Position numbers and translations under genes: made by a program
Shown here: positions 1 to 12,770 of the stretch, piece after piece
Layout: every line of letters starts with the position of its first letter
Numbering within the stretch: the first letter of the stretch is position 1
Notes under the pieces: model-generated
The model's database searches: none
The model's input: only the letters and a program-made list of their open reading frames with translations
What the model was told of the DNA's origin: nothing
Assembly (NCBI RefSeq): GCF_009914755.1
Contig: NC_060937.1
Strand: one strand, 5' to 3'
From: the human T2T-CHM13v2.0 reference genome, Homo sapiens
Length of the DNA stretch: 64,000 nt

Positions 1-111
1 CCTCTTTTAGTAGCCGATCACTTTTGTCTAGTTAAACACTCCTTATATGAAAATTATCTTTTTCAAATTCCGAATGTGTTTTCTTTCTCTGAACTAGATC
101 TAACTGATGCA
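1..111 (+). mobile_element. 3' end of an ERVL LTR (LTR33-like), 5' LTR of the following internal region
   Basis: Ends ...CTAACTGATGCA, resembling the LTR33/MLT terminus CTGACTGATACA, and runs directly into ERVL internal sequence. Confidence 0.5.
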
Positions 112-809
112 GAATTGACATTGAGGGAGATTCCAGGAGACAGTCTCTCCTGGATTGGATTGGGCTTCCGTGTAGCGCTGTGTTCCTTGCATATGATCAC
201 TAAGTAGCTAGCAATCCATAGCGTGTGGCGGTGTCTAATTTATTAAGTTATTACATGCAGTTGGTTGTTATAAATTTCTAACTGAAATAAGTGCCTTGGG
301 AGCCCAAGAGGCCATTCTACTTGACTGTTATGGAAGTGATGATGGTAACTATCTGACTGTGGTATTATATGGATTCCTCTAACTGCACTACAGTGTTTAT
401 AGAGAGAAAATGATAAGCTCAAGCCTGTAACTATCAGTTTACATTACAGTCTGAAAACTAAAACTAAAGTTTCCATGGCAGCCACAAAATAATCTGTTAT
501 TTCTTGTATCCACAGAACCAATATTGCTAAAAATCAAACACAAAATTTAATATGTGCAGCAAAATACAACATCAACTGAATTCACAGCCTCGCCAAGTTC
601 TCATATGACAAATAGTGTATGGATTGGGAAAAAAGGAGGACTCTGAAACTGGAAATACTTGAAATGGAAACTTTGGACTCAGATAAAAGAAGAGATTTTG
701 GACTCCTGGATTACTCTGTGCTTTCCTTACTAGTGAAAGTATTGTTTCCTCTTGTTTCTCTTCACAGACTTGCCTTCTTGCTTTCTGTACTTTAAAAGCT
801 TGTGAAAGT

Positions 810-838
810 TGTGTGTGTGTGTGTGTGTGTCTGTGTGT
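810..838 (+). repeat. (TG)n microsatellite
   Basis: Visible GT dinucleotide run. Confidence 0.9.
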
Positions 839-1191
839 TTCTGGAGTAGATACTTTGTAAGGGGCAACATAATCACATACTATTACCATTAGACTCATAA
901 CATCAGTAATAAGTCTAATGCCACAGAAGCAATGTCATCCTAGGTAGAACTGCAAGGGTAATTGCCATTATAAATATATTTTTAAAAATTGTTGGTGATG
1001 GCATTTACTAAATTCCTTTAATGTCATCTTTCTAGCCTGTGTAGAATCAGATGGCTGTTGATAATAACTATGGATTATTTCAAAGTTAATCTGATTTTAA
1101 CTCCAGTTGAAACTGCTGTCTGGACATAGTATTGTTATTGGACAAATCATCACAGGCCCTGGCACTTGGCATGCAACTATTGACCTAACCA

Positions 1192-1222
1192 ATATACATA
1201 TATATATATATATATATATATG
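1192..1222 (+). repeat. (TA)n microsatellite inside the ERVL RT remnant
   Basis: Visible TA run directly after the IDLTN codons. Confidence 0.9.
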
Positions 1223-1464
1223 TATTTCATATCAATATGCAAAGATTATTAGAAGCAGTTTTCCTTTACCTAGTAAGACCAATAGTACAACTTCACAACT
1301 TTGCCTCAGGGCTATGCTCTCTGCCATAATATGGTCTACAAAACTTTACAGAATTCCACAAAACATTATGTTGCTCCTTATCGACTGCATCATTTTGACT
1401 GAATTTTAGGAGAAAAAGAGTCAAGAGTACTTGGGTGCCTCAATATGACCTATGCCAACTAGAA

Positions 1465-1667
1465 GAGGGATTGGAAAACTATAGCCTGCAGGCTAAATAT
1501 TTTGTAAATAAAACTTCATTGGAACAAAGTCAAGCACGTTTCTTTCCATATTATCTATGGATACTTTGATATTGCAAAAGTAGAGTAGTTGCAGCAGCAC
1601 CACTCTGTACAACAGATGTTAAAATATTTATTATATTGTCCTTTACAAAAGAAGTTTCCATCCTTTG
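1465..1667 (+). mobile_element. MER58A (hAT-Charlie MITE) inserted in ERVL pol
   Basis: TTTTGTAAATAAAACTTCATTGGAACA...GAGTAGTTGCAGCAG...AAAATATTTATTATATTGTCCTTTACAAAAGAAGTTT follows the MER58A consensus. ERVL pol resumes after 1670. Confidence 0.8.
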
Positions 1668-2599
1668 AAATAAGGAATGAAAAATAAATACCACAAAACC
1701 TTAGGGGCCTGTTAGCTACATAAAGTTGCTTGGTTTCAGTGGTCTGAAGCACACTAAGATGCCATCTCTATAGTCAAGAAAAGTTTTTGTACCTGTCAAT
1801 ATAATACAGTAAGACTTTTGAGACTTCAACTCATCACAAAGTCACTCATGAGACTACCAATTGCAAGCAGGAACCAGAGCAAGAGAAGGCTCTGAAGCAA
1901 ATCCAGGCTGTAATGCAAGCTTCACTCTCAACTGGACATTATTTTCCAAACTATGTAATAATATTCAAAGTGTCCATGGCAAATAGGTATGTTGTGTAGA
2001 AGATCAGTCAAGCCAAAAGAAAGAATATCTCTGGAAACCAGAAAATTCTCTGAAGGTACCTCTTTGTACTTATATTATCAATAGTACAGATTAATGGAAA
2101 AATATAGTATCTAACAAAGAGAAAAATTTTGAGAAGCCAGACCATTCAAAAAGGATTTATGTAACTCCACGAGGGGAAAAACCTGGACAAGAAAAATATG
2201 GAATGGATAGTAGAAGAAATGTCATAAATATTAACCTTGACATTGTAATAACAACCTAAGAGTTTTCATATTTTCTCTCTGCTTGTTATATGTGTGTATG
2301 CATATAAAATGTTATTATTTTCTGTACTTCTGTGAATTTTTATTTTAAATACAATTTGTTAGAAGTGATCTTCACAATTTAGTTTTATTATCTGCACCAT
2401 ATCTATGTTCAGTAGTACAATGAGAAAAATTGAGAAGTAATTAACATAACTAGAGATGGATATAACGACTATTGAAAGTATTAGCCTTCTTATTATTGGA
2501 AGAAGGTGAAGCTATCTACACCTGAAAGAGGAATAGCTATTTCTTGTTGGGTTTGAAGAATGCTATCTATGTCTGTTGAGTAGCCAGTGGGTTAGATCA

Positions 2600-2740
2600 T
2601 GCTAGTTATTTATTTCGTGTCTCTTTGCTCCAAATCTACCATTTTTGCCATGCTCTGTAATACTGAAAGTGGACCCATAAAATTTTTTCTTTGTTAGCCT
2701 TTGTTAATAGGGAGTTTTGAAATGCCACTGTAAGCCTTAC
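2600..2740 (+). mobile_element. Truncated 3' LTR (LTR33-like) of the first ERVL
   Basis: Follows a PPT-like GAGTAGCCAGTGGG, and its start resembles LTR33 (CTCCAAATCTACC...TGCTCTGT). Confidence 0.45.
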
Positions 2741-2819
2741 TACTAAGAAACTATTCTCCTCTGCACTCCTGACTTCTTTCTTTTCCTCTATCCTTAACTA
2801 ATATGCTTTAAGGAAGAAG

Positions 2820-5800
2820 ATGATTAGAGTTGGAGCCAAAGACTCAGTGTCCACAGCAAAGACTGAAAATCATACACACCTGTTTGCATATACTGAGTAG
2901 CTCTGGAGAGAAGCAGAAATAAAATATCTATGCCTCTGTTAGAGTCAGGCACTGAAGGAAATAATGTATACAGTGGTCCATTTTCAAGACAAAGTGCCTT
3001 GAATTGGCTTAGGTCAGCAAACTACAGAAAAAACAGGATGTACTAGGCCCCTGAATGGATAACTGATGCCTCCTTTTGGGTCTCCCCCTCCCCACCCTAC
3101 CCCCACCACACCTGAACGAAACAAGTTTAGTATAAGATAAAAGTTTCAAGCCTGCAAAATAGCTCATTTTGTCTGTTCTTATCAGCCTGCCCAGCTTCTT
3201 AGGTCATAAGTCACTTGAAAAGTCATACCACTTGAAAAGCCCCTGAGCTAACTAGGATTGCAATGCATTGTGGGCTGCAACAAAATGCAGCAAGAAAACC
3301 CTAAAGAGAACACCTAAAGCCCCTACCCAACAATCAATAAGCGACATCTGGAAAGATTGTGACCCCATAGTACTCAGCCTATGAGGAACCGGGAAACGGA
3401 TCTGCACACTAGGGGATAAATTGCTTGTTGAAACTATGCTGGGTGTGCCTACTCATCAGACACCTGATCTTGCAAGACCATCATTAAAAGTCTCACTTTC
3501 ACTGTTTTCTGGGCCCCTGAGTCCATTCTTTGGGTTTGGACAAGTGAGTTTGTTTCTCACATGCACCAAAGTCAAAATCCTGCCTTGTACCATGGGGCAG
3601 AGGTGTATGAATTCAATGGATGGGTTTTGGGCAAATTCACAGTGGAGGATGGAGCCTATCATGGTCTTGTGTTGGAGGCCCTTTATACCACACAAATCTA
3701 CTACTGTTGCTTCTACATTTGAGTGCATAATAAAATTCAATGAGTTATATATTTGTACCCAAAGTGTCAGAGATTATTTTCTTGATAATGAATTGCTGAA
3801 TGTAGAAAAGTGTTAGGGAGACAAACTCTCTTGGAATCCCTTTCCACCACCTTTGTTAAATAAGGATGTAGCATTAGTATCTCTACCTCTGCTGTCCGAA
3901 GATCTCACTTATAGATGATGACCTACTAATTGCCAAGTCAGAAGCCTCAGTTTCATCAACCCTGATTAGTTTGTTATCAAACCTCTGCCAGCAGAGGTAG
4001 GTTATAGTTTCTGACAAAAATTCAGGGGCCTGTTCACCAAATAAATTTTCTTTGGATTATGTGGGAAGCCTTACAATGCTCTATCCCTCTGGCAGTCAAG
4101 GAAAAACTGCCATCCCCTCAACTCCCCACAGGTAAAAAGGGAGGCCCAGAACCATATGGAACTCAAGTATTGAAGACACTAAGTGCATCACTTGGGCATC
4201 CTTGGATTTTTTTGGATATTTGTTAATTCACAAATCAGTATTTATTGAGTGGGGTCCAAATCAACAGGTTTCACTGGAAAATATCCAGAAAGCTGTGGAG
4301 TCTAATGTTGGGGACATGCAACCCTGATGACACCTTGAGTTATAAGCCTGTGTGATTAATGATTTTGCTGATTGGATCCTCTGGCAAAGGAAGATATACT
4401 CCACCTAAGGTGGTTCTTTGGGTTTTAGACCTTTCATTTCTCTAGCATGATTACCATGTAAACTGTGTTTTATAAATAGCTATGAGCTTGCTACTGGGCG
4501 CTTGTAAAAAAAAAAAAAATGTCTGACTCCCCGAGAACTTGTGACTCTTTAATCTGTTAATTTGGGGTAAACCAACTCAGGCTCTATGACTAACAAAGTG
4601 GGAAGGTCCCAACAAACCTCACTTGTCAAATGTAAATGGATATTTAAAAATGCAGCTTTCCTGGGCCCCGCTCCATCACCACTTGATATAAAAAAGTGGC
4701 AGCTAGTTCTTTGTGGGAACTGAAATCCTCATTCTACTCTCTGGAGAAAAATCTCCCAGCTAAATGGGGTCCACTATTCATAAAAGTTCCCCTAAATGCT
4801 TCAACCTGATCCACTGATGTTTCAGCTAAACTGAAACTCAACGGTGATCCCTGAGCTGGTGACACTTTTTAACCTCAGTGCCATTCATGAAGAACTGAAT
4901 GGAGATTTTCTTTTTCTCCGTTCAATGAGCAGGATTTAAGACTAATTTTTTTTCATAGCACTGCCCAATACACTCCTTGATGAATTTTGTTATACTTGTA
5001 CTAACCTATGGAATATTGCTAATGGCCTAGCTCTTTGGTCTTTTGCTTCAGAAACTGTAGGTTGGCATGTTAAATGCATTTCACTTTGGGGCCTATGAAC
5101 TGTGGAAGGAAATCACAACTCCTGATTGTACTCTCTGGGTCACTCATATAGAAGCTAGCAGTGAGAGCCCATTCTCTGATTATACCCACTAGAATCAATC
5201 TGCTTATAGGGCCTGCACTGGTTTATTGCCCCCATCTACCTGCAACCATTTTTGTACCAGATGAGCAATACATCACCATTACAGATTAGGCACAAATTAA
5301 AGTACTACATGTTTGTTATGAAGAGGTGATCAGTACATGTCAAACTCGTAGCTTCTGCTGAATTTGAGTTGTTCATCTCTTAATAAGGAGGCCCCATAAC
5401 ATGGGGTATGAGCTGTGCTCCTTCACGGAAGATTGACTGCCTAAAACTTTGACTCCCTCTTGAGGCTGTCAGTGGTGTTACACCAATATTTTGAAACTTC
5501 AAGTTAGTGTTCTTTTTCCATTCTGATAAGTTAACTCCACCTTTATGGCCTTAATACTAAACTGTGTTATGTTTTTGATCTCCATTACCATTTCCAAACT
5601 GCCAATGGTGTGCCTTTTAACTCATAAGCACTCAAAATTATCAAAAGATTTGATGTTTTTTTCACAGGCTGCATCATTCACAATTATTTAAATTTGCTAA
5701 GCATTAGAGCAGCCTTCTCAAAAATTGACTCAAAAACATTTCTGACTCTAACTCCCTAATTTCCTCCAGGGACCTTAGTAATGCAGTTTGACCAACACAT

Positions 5801-7007
5801 GCAACTATTACTAGAAATGGGTCTTAACCTATTTGCTACTTTCTGGTTAATCATCAGGATAAAAACTGTAAGTGGTTTCATATAGAAAATTTCATCAGAA
5901 AATTAGGTTTTCTGACCTGCTATTTCCAGGCACAATTCTTCTCCACCTCACCCTCTTCTAACATAAATTTCATGCTGGCCTGAGTTTTCAAACTTAATTC
6001 AAATTTAATCACATGGATTGCTTTTTTGAATGGGGATGATCTAGGAGCATAAGGATAATGACCACTTGTTGAATATTCTGGTCACTAAGTATCCCTACTC
6101 CAGGCCAAAGGGGGAACATAATTAGTCTTTATAAGTTTTATAAGAATGCCTTTGTTTCTCTCACACCTAAACAAAAGTTTTATGTGGGAGTATTAAAATA
6201 TTGTCACCTCCATTTTTCTTTAACCTTAGGAAGTATTCTTTCAGAAACAGAAAAGGATGGCCCCGGCTCCTGTACCTTCCACGTCAAATGCCTGACAATA
6301 CCTCTGGATGCCCTTTCCACTGTTACTCTCATAGCCTTTTCTCAACCATTTCATGTGATGAATAAATGGCATTGGGCTGTCGATATGGGCAAATTCTGCA
6401 GATTGGGATAACTACCCTTAGGCATTTTTTCTAAAAACAAGAACTACTCTCAATTATTTAACTGAGTTGAGAGACCCAAGATCTGCCATCCATCTGGAAG
6501 GTCATATTGTAGGCATTGTCACCATGTTCCTCTTGGCAGTTGTAGGTACAACTTGGAAGGCCCTAACAATTGTAAACAATATTTTCTTTTTATGGACACC
6601 ATGTGCTTCTGTGACTTTGCTTCTTACCTAGAATTAACCTTGAGGATTAATTCCGAGGATTAATTCACTTCCTTCCTAAAACCATGGTGACATGTACCTT
6701 AATTAAAGGTGGCCACAAAAAACTTGCAAATATTTGAGGAAGCACAACAAGTAAATCAGCAGGATGATGAGTAGGATAATTTCCCCATAATTAGGCTAAA
6801 GTTAGTTCCTTGATGAATTTCCCTTTGGGAAGTTATCCTGCTGCTTGGAGTCCTACAGATGATAGCCATAATTAAATTCTGTATGAGACAATTGGAACAA
6901 AATTTGTCCCAGCCTCTGTTGGTCAGATAAATTAAAATGTCCTAGAGCATTTTACACATGACAATTCAACTAAAGCCAAAATCATGTAGGGACGAGGAGC
7001 GAATATT
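2820..7007 (+). mobile_element. Class III ERV internal region (HERVL40-like): pro, RT, RNase H, integrase and env-like remnants; 5' LTR and gag missing
   Basis: Degenerate motifs: EWGPNQQ (~4247), ACYWALV (~4487), VKCKWI (~4625), TDVSAKL (~4814), IANGLALWS (~5014), ELWKEI (~5097). It ends in a PPT next to an LTR40-like LTR. Confidence 0.75.
2953..3561 (+). mobile_element. Solo LTR (ERV1-type, subfamily not assigned) nested in the older ERV
   Basis: TG...CA termini, flanks GGCAC/TGCAC (target-site duplication), ATTAAA poly(A) signal at ~3483, and typical U5 sequence. Confidence 0.8.
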
Positions 7008-7455
7008 TGTAGGAGACTCTTCAGTCTTTTGCAATTCTGTATGTCTAGTGAACAAAGGCCCTGATGATCTCTTGTTTTGGACTGTCTTCTCTAGTGTGTT
7101 TGTGTACTGGACAGTGTTGGAAAATAGACATTGTATTTTATTCAGAACAAATGACAGGTTTCTTACTGTCTCTTATGAAATACTCATTTTTCATGCTCAG
7201 GGTTTCTCTTCTGTAATGTAACAAAAGGCATACACAGGTATCTTGCTACAATGATTAGCATTATCCCTCTGGGACTTGGCATCAAGCATAACTGAGGCAA
7301 ATATGCTGATGTTCTTGCTCCTTTTTATGCCATTAGTAATAATGTCATTTATCTCTTACCTGGTAGTCTCACCTCTTCAATCCATGATATTGTGGAAAAC
7401 TAGTATGTTAGCTTGCAAAGGAGGATAAAAGTCAGGCCCTTCACAGTTCTTTATA
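7008..7455 (+). mobile_element. LTR40-family LTR (3' LTR of the HERVL40-like element)
   Basis: Starts TGTAGGAGAC after a purine tract and ends GCTTGCAAAG...CAGGCCCTTCACAGTTCTT, matching recalled LTR40 ends. Confidence 0.75.
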
Positions 7456-7554
7456 CTTTTCCCTATCTTGCTGTATTTTATATTCTCCTTTATAATAATT
7501 TAAGACACTATATTTTGCTCCTTTAATCTTATGTATTACCCTAAAATTAATTTA

Positions 7555-7660
7555 AGTAGGGATTTTCATCTGTTTGATTGACTTCTGTATTCTTAGTTCT
7601 TAGAAAAGAATCTGGCATATAGTAGGTAATGTATAAATATATATTTGGTGAATGGGTGAC
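7555..7660 (+). mobile_element. L2 3' end fragment
   Basis: CTGGCATATAGTAGGT...TAAATAT...TTTGGTGAATG resembles the L2 tail. Confidence 0.55.
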
Positions 7661-8539
7661 TTCTCTATACAACAAATAAATAATAAATGTTATTCTCAAT
7701 AATAAGTAGAATATATATTTAAAAATAGCTAACCACCAGGACACAGTAACCTGACCTACATGCAAATAAACTCAAAATAGAAAGATAAATATAATCTAAA
7801 AATCATCATTTAATTAAAATTGAAATAAAATGGCCAAAAATAAGAGTATAGAATAATCACAACAATTATTTTAAAACATTTAGATATAAATTTTAGTGAA
7901 GTACTGTGTATCAAAACCTGTTAGATAAACCAAACTTAAATTAGAATTAGACTCCAGCTTGTTTTAAAATATATAAATATATAAATAAGCCTGACAATAT
8001 TAGAAGTAGAAAAGCACATCAGAAGTCTAGTAAAAGAACATGATAAATTCAAAGATAGTAGCTCCTCCATATTTTAAAAATCTCCACAACAAAGTCTTAA
8101 TGGGACTACTTGAGATTTTCCAGCAGTGTATATGTCCCCAAAAGGAAGTTTGATTAATTTTTTTCTGGGAAAATTAGCAAATCCACATGGCTATGAAAAA
8201 TAAGCCACTATGTCCTAAGCAGTGTTTCTCAGTAAAATAATGAGGATTTGGTTTTCTTGGATCTGCATTCATAATCGAGAAACAGAAATTTTTTGCCCAA
8301 TTATTTAGATGAAGCACCAGAAGTGTTAATTTTTAACCTTCTTAAAATTCACCAACATCAAATTCACACTGTGTTTCCTAAGAAGTCAAGAATGGCTAAA
8401 TATTGAAATATCCATTAATAAAATCTACTATTTTAACTGAATAAACATAAAATATAGAAAGATAAAAGTCAAGGTCAAACAACTTTTACTAAAGTATACT
8501 TGATAAATAAATAAATGAACCTCAGAAAACCAAGAATAG

Positions 8540-8720
8540 AAAAAAAAAATTAGCCAGGAGTGGTGGCACACACCTGTAGTCCCAGAGATACTCAGGAGGC
8601 TGAGGCAGGGGAATTGCTTGAATATGGGAGGCAGAGATTGCAGTGAGCCGAGATCGCCCTACTGCACTCCAACCTAGGTTACAGAGCAAAACCCCGTCTG
8701 AAAAAAAAAAAAAAGAAAAA
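8540..8720 (+). mobile_element. Alu, right arm only (5'-truncated, AluS-like)
   Basis: AAAATTAGCCAGG...CCTGTAGTCCCAG...GCAGTGAGCCGAGATCG...poly(A). Confidence 0.92.
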
Positions 8721-8974
8721 TTGCTATATCCCAATCATTTTACATTATACTGGAAGCCATAGCTAATTCCATAAGGTAAGCCAAGAGAAATGAGAATCAC
8801 AAGTATTAAAAAAAAGAAATAAAAATATCATTTACAGAAAATATTATTGTCTATAGTATATCAAAAGTATTTAAAAATAATTTTTATGGCTAGAGAATAA
8901 GCATAAAAAAGTAAAAACTGAATCATAAAATTGCAGTAACTAATTGGAAATTACAATAAAATAAATATTCCATC

Positions 8975-9006
8975 AACCGTAACCATAACCATAACCATAA
9001 CCATAA
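8975..9006 (+). repeat. (AACCAT)n, about 5 copies
   Basis: AACCGT AACCAT AACCAT AACCAT AACCAT. Confidence 0.85.
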
Positions 9007-9718
9007 GATATATGTAAAAACAATTTATAAAATATTGATGGAGAAATGAAAAATATTACTTTAAAGATAACCTAGCCAAATAATGAGATTTCCAATGTTA
9101 ATGGATGATAAAATTCAAAATTATAAAGAGATTAATGTATTTTAAAAATCTATGATATTAAAAAAAACAGTGAAAACTCCAATATTCTTCAGAACATTTA
9201 GAAACAAAAATGTATCCTAAAAGGAATAAAGGAAATAAAACCCACCAAGAAACAAGATAAATTTTATGTTAACAAATGGTGTGAATGATTCTATAATGTT
9301 ATTTATAATTTGACTTCTGCTTTAAACAATATGGCAAACCACATGTTTTGAAACCCTTGGTTTATAAATACTAGTAATATTTGTATAAAGCAAATGTTGG
9401 TTAAGGCAAACATACTTTCAGTTGCATACCTAAACAAATTAGAAAGAGAGAGGGATCTACAGAGAGACCTAAAATAAAGTGATTGCTGAACCCAGAGGGT
9501 TAACAAGCTCTGTGGATATCGTTTGTGTTGTGGAGACTAGACTCTGCTTCTAATGGCTAAATGACAGAGGAGAAAATAGAGCTTCTGGTCCATGTCAAGT
9601 GAAAAGGGAAGGCTTTAAAAAAAAAAAACAGTTTGGAAGACTACCATTTTAAAGAAAAGGTAAGCTTGGGGAATAAAAATCACACATTTTCAAAGACAAA
9701 TTGTGAAACAACGTGGCA

Positions 9719-9752
9719 GTGTGTGTGTATGTGTGTGTGTGTGTGTGCGTGT
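9719..9752 (+). repeat. (TG)n microsatellite
   Basis: Visible GT run with interruptions. Confidence 0.9.
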
Positions 9753-11619
9753 ATCAGTCTTAGAAAATCGGTATAGTGTCTGTTTTCTACACATACCCCT
9801 GAGAATTCGCAATCTTAATCCTTCCTTCATGAGGTTCTTTGTTTAGTTTTGTTTTTTCACTTGCATTTTCTTTATGATCCAGAAAGTAACTAAGTCATTG
9901 CCTATGTTGGCTGTGAGCACTTACAGGAAGGACTACCTATCTGCTTTGGAGTGATAAAATTTTTCTCAGTGGTCTGTTAAACTCTTTCATAAGGTTTTAA
10001 GGGACATCAATAAATTACTGTAAGGACAAGAAACAATAGTATTTGTAAATTATCACTGACTGCTGATTGGATTTGAGAACAATGTTAATTCTGTTTTGCA
10101 AATAATTAAAGCATTCAAGGGAACATTGACACTAACTTTAATTCTTCATTACTAATAGATTAATGAAGAACTTTAACCAAGTATAACGAAGAGAAAATGT
10201 TCAGTTTGTTGTTTGTGTTTGGTCTGTTTTGTTGAGGTTATGAATGGAAAGAGTTTCCAAGCTGAAAAGCACTTTTTCCATTGAAATAAGGACATCATGA
10301 TATAGGCATCATGATATGTAAACCTATTTAATGTCACCCCTCTTCCCATCAGCTCTCTTTGCTACAGTGTTTATAAATGTGCTTACAAATTATCAAAAAC
10401 TCACCCAAAAATGCATTACTTAAGGCAGCAGCATGTGAATTTGTAACCTGCTAGGGAAAATAAAAACAAACCAATGAAAGTCTTAGTTTTTCTAATAAAA
10501 CTAAAATCATCATTGTACTCTTAATTATTCTTCACTGTTTACATAACTGATTTACTGTCTGAGGCAGAGAGAAAGACACACACAGAGTCTTCACTATGTT
10601 AAGGTCAGGTAATCAATTTCCTATCCCAAAAGGCAAAACTAATAGTACAGAGGATTATCGCTAAATACAAGCAGCTGCTTTCGTAAGACTGGAGCTTTTC
10701 TAGGGAATCCTGAAATAATGGAGTAGGTAGGAAACAGAATTCTATATATCTCGATCTTTGAATTTGTAAAAGCCACGCAGGTGCTTTTTAACTACAGATG
10801 AAATGAGGATTAATTTTGCTTTGATTCAAGTAATTGCTATTAAACATAAATGCATTTCAAGCAAAACATGGAGTGGTTATGGATCAAAGGATATTTCTTT
10901 TGTTCTGAATGTCATTAAGGCTTTATCTTTAACAAATTTGACTCTAATTTTATACATTGAAGAATTTCAGGAGTTTACCTGTTATAAACCATTTAATGCC
11001 AGTTTTAACTTTGAACCTCACTATCTCTAAATATCATTAAAATTCAACAGGTTATTATACCATACTTATTTAACATTGATAACAATCCATGTATTACTCT
11101 CTTTTCATAAGTTCATGCAATGCTGTACATTCTGTAAAGACTGATTATAACATAAACAATTTCTAAATTTAATTAATGCTATAGATCAGTTTCATTTTAT
11201 AAGGAAACTCACATGCAATTTTATTTTTCTCTAAGGGTTCTCTTTTAAAATCTATTGATGCGATGCAACTTATTAATATTTTAAATCCTCCTTAGTTTTA
11301 ATTTTAGGCATAACACATGCAGGCAAATTATATGTCTTTCCAAGAAATATAAACAAATAGATCAGTAATCTTGATGTTAATATTATTTTTTAACATATTT
11401 AGTCAATTAGCTTGACATCACACAATTGAATTAATATTTCTTTTGAAATACTTTCTTTTCTTAATATTCATCAGATTACATATTTCCTCTCTATCATTTC
11501 ATAGCTCTAACTATTCAACCTGCTGTATCAATACTAGACAAACTCATTTCCACACTCTGTTTTATCATGTCAACTCCAGCTCTAGATAAATTTATTTACA
11601 AGTCTTTTAAACCATCTGG

Positions 11620-12770
11620 TATCATCTATCAAAATTATATTTTCTATTTGTAACAATCCAGATCCATATATTCAAATGCAATATTGCATTGTCCATTGTA
11701 CCTATGTTCTTAGCCACCTTAAGATTAATATCTTCAAAATTGAATGAATGACTCATCTCCCATCCTGCCGCTTCCCCATTCCAGTCCTACAACCTAGCTC
11801 CTAACAACTTAGTGAAGCAATTTAGTCTGTGTTTAGACTCCCTGTGTCTCTTCATTTCAATAAATTTTATTTCATCTAACAAGTTGGTTCTTCCTAAAAG
11901 CTAGGGGATTGATTATCTTTGAATAATCTTATCTGTCAATTTCCTCCCTACTTTGGTATTCAAAATATTACCATTTTATACATATCTAACATCTTGGATA
12001 AATATCACATATATCCACTATTTTTCCTAGCCCCCGTCACCATCCTTGTATAGCCACCATCATTGTGCACGACCTGAAGCCTCTACATGTCTCCCTTCTT
12101 CCATTCTTAGCACCAAAGTTTGGTCCCTAAATTTTCTCTGTAGAGTGATTTTTCAATAATCATAATACTGCAACCTTTCTATGATACAAACAATTCAATA
12201 ATTTTCCATACCAATTAGGCAAATTCACAAAGTCTACATGTTTCCTCTTTGCTATTTTCTATTCCTGCCTTACTTTCAAATCTAGTCTCTCTTGCTTCCA
12301 CTTTTCCCTTCATTAAACTAGTTCTACTTTTTTATTCTAGTTCCTTGAACACCATAAAGTATTCATCACACCAAAGCAAGCATTCCTCCCTTTTTTTGGG
12401 ATGCCCTTCTCTTTGGTTACTGGGTTACCTTTCATAGCTTTTCATTTTTCAAATATACCTAATCTGAATCTCAAATCTCAATTAGATATTTCTGTTATAC
12501 TCATTAATTTTATCTTCAGTTTTTCTTCACATTAACTAATCTATTTAACTACACACTTACTATGTATGTATGCATGTATGTATGTATGTATCTAACCATC
12601 CATTCATTCATCTAGGTAGGTATTCTCTATCTGTAGTACTTTGTTTAGATTCTCCATGATCATTAAGCATTTTGAAGGGCTATCAGTGTTTTGTTTATCA
12701 TTATGTTCCCAGAAATTCTTCAAATGCTCCTGCATAGTCAGTATACATTAAGTATTTGTTGAATGAGTAA
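11620..12770 (+). mobile_element. L2 fragments, with an (ATGT)n repeat at ~12561-12591
   Basis: L2-like CT-rich body, and L2 tail CCTGCATAGTCAG...TAAGTATTTGTTGAATGAG at ~12729-12767. Confidence 0.55.

Larger units (their letters stand above)
112..2600 (+). mobile_element. Degenerate ERVL internal region (gag/pol remnants, ERVL-E/ERV3-16A3-like)
   Basis: RT motif QIITGPGTWHATIDLTN in ORF 1107-1409 matches ERVL EQINTSPGTWYAAIDLAN. PEQEKALKQIQAVMQASL at ~1875-1930 matches the ERVL connection region. Frameshifted, and interrupted by microsatellites and MER58A. Confidence 0.8.
7700..9300 (+). mobile_element. Highly diverged old L1M ORF2 fragments
   Basis: A-rich sequence with L1 ORF2-like remnants, e.g. 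CATTATACTGGAAGCCATAGCTAATTCCATAAGG...AAAATATCATTTACAGA at ~8742-8840. Confidence 0.55.

Noticed and set aside
3421-3816. 131-aa ORF
   Set aside because: Non-ATG start; a chance chimera of LTR U5 and decayed ERV protease sequence.
6642-6667. 13-bp tandem GAGGATTAATTCC; a similar 14-bp tandem at ~10294-10318
   Set aside because: Ordinary slippage micro-duplications.
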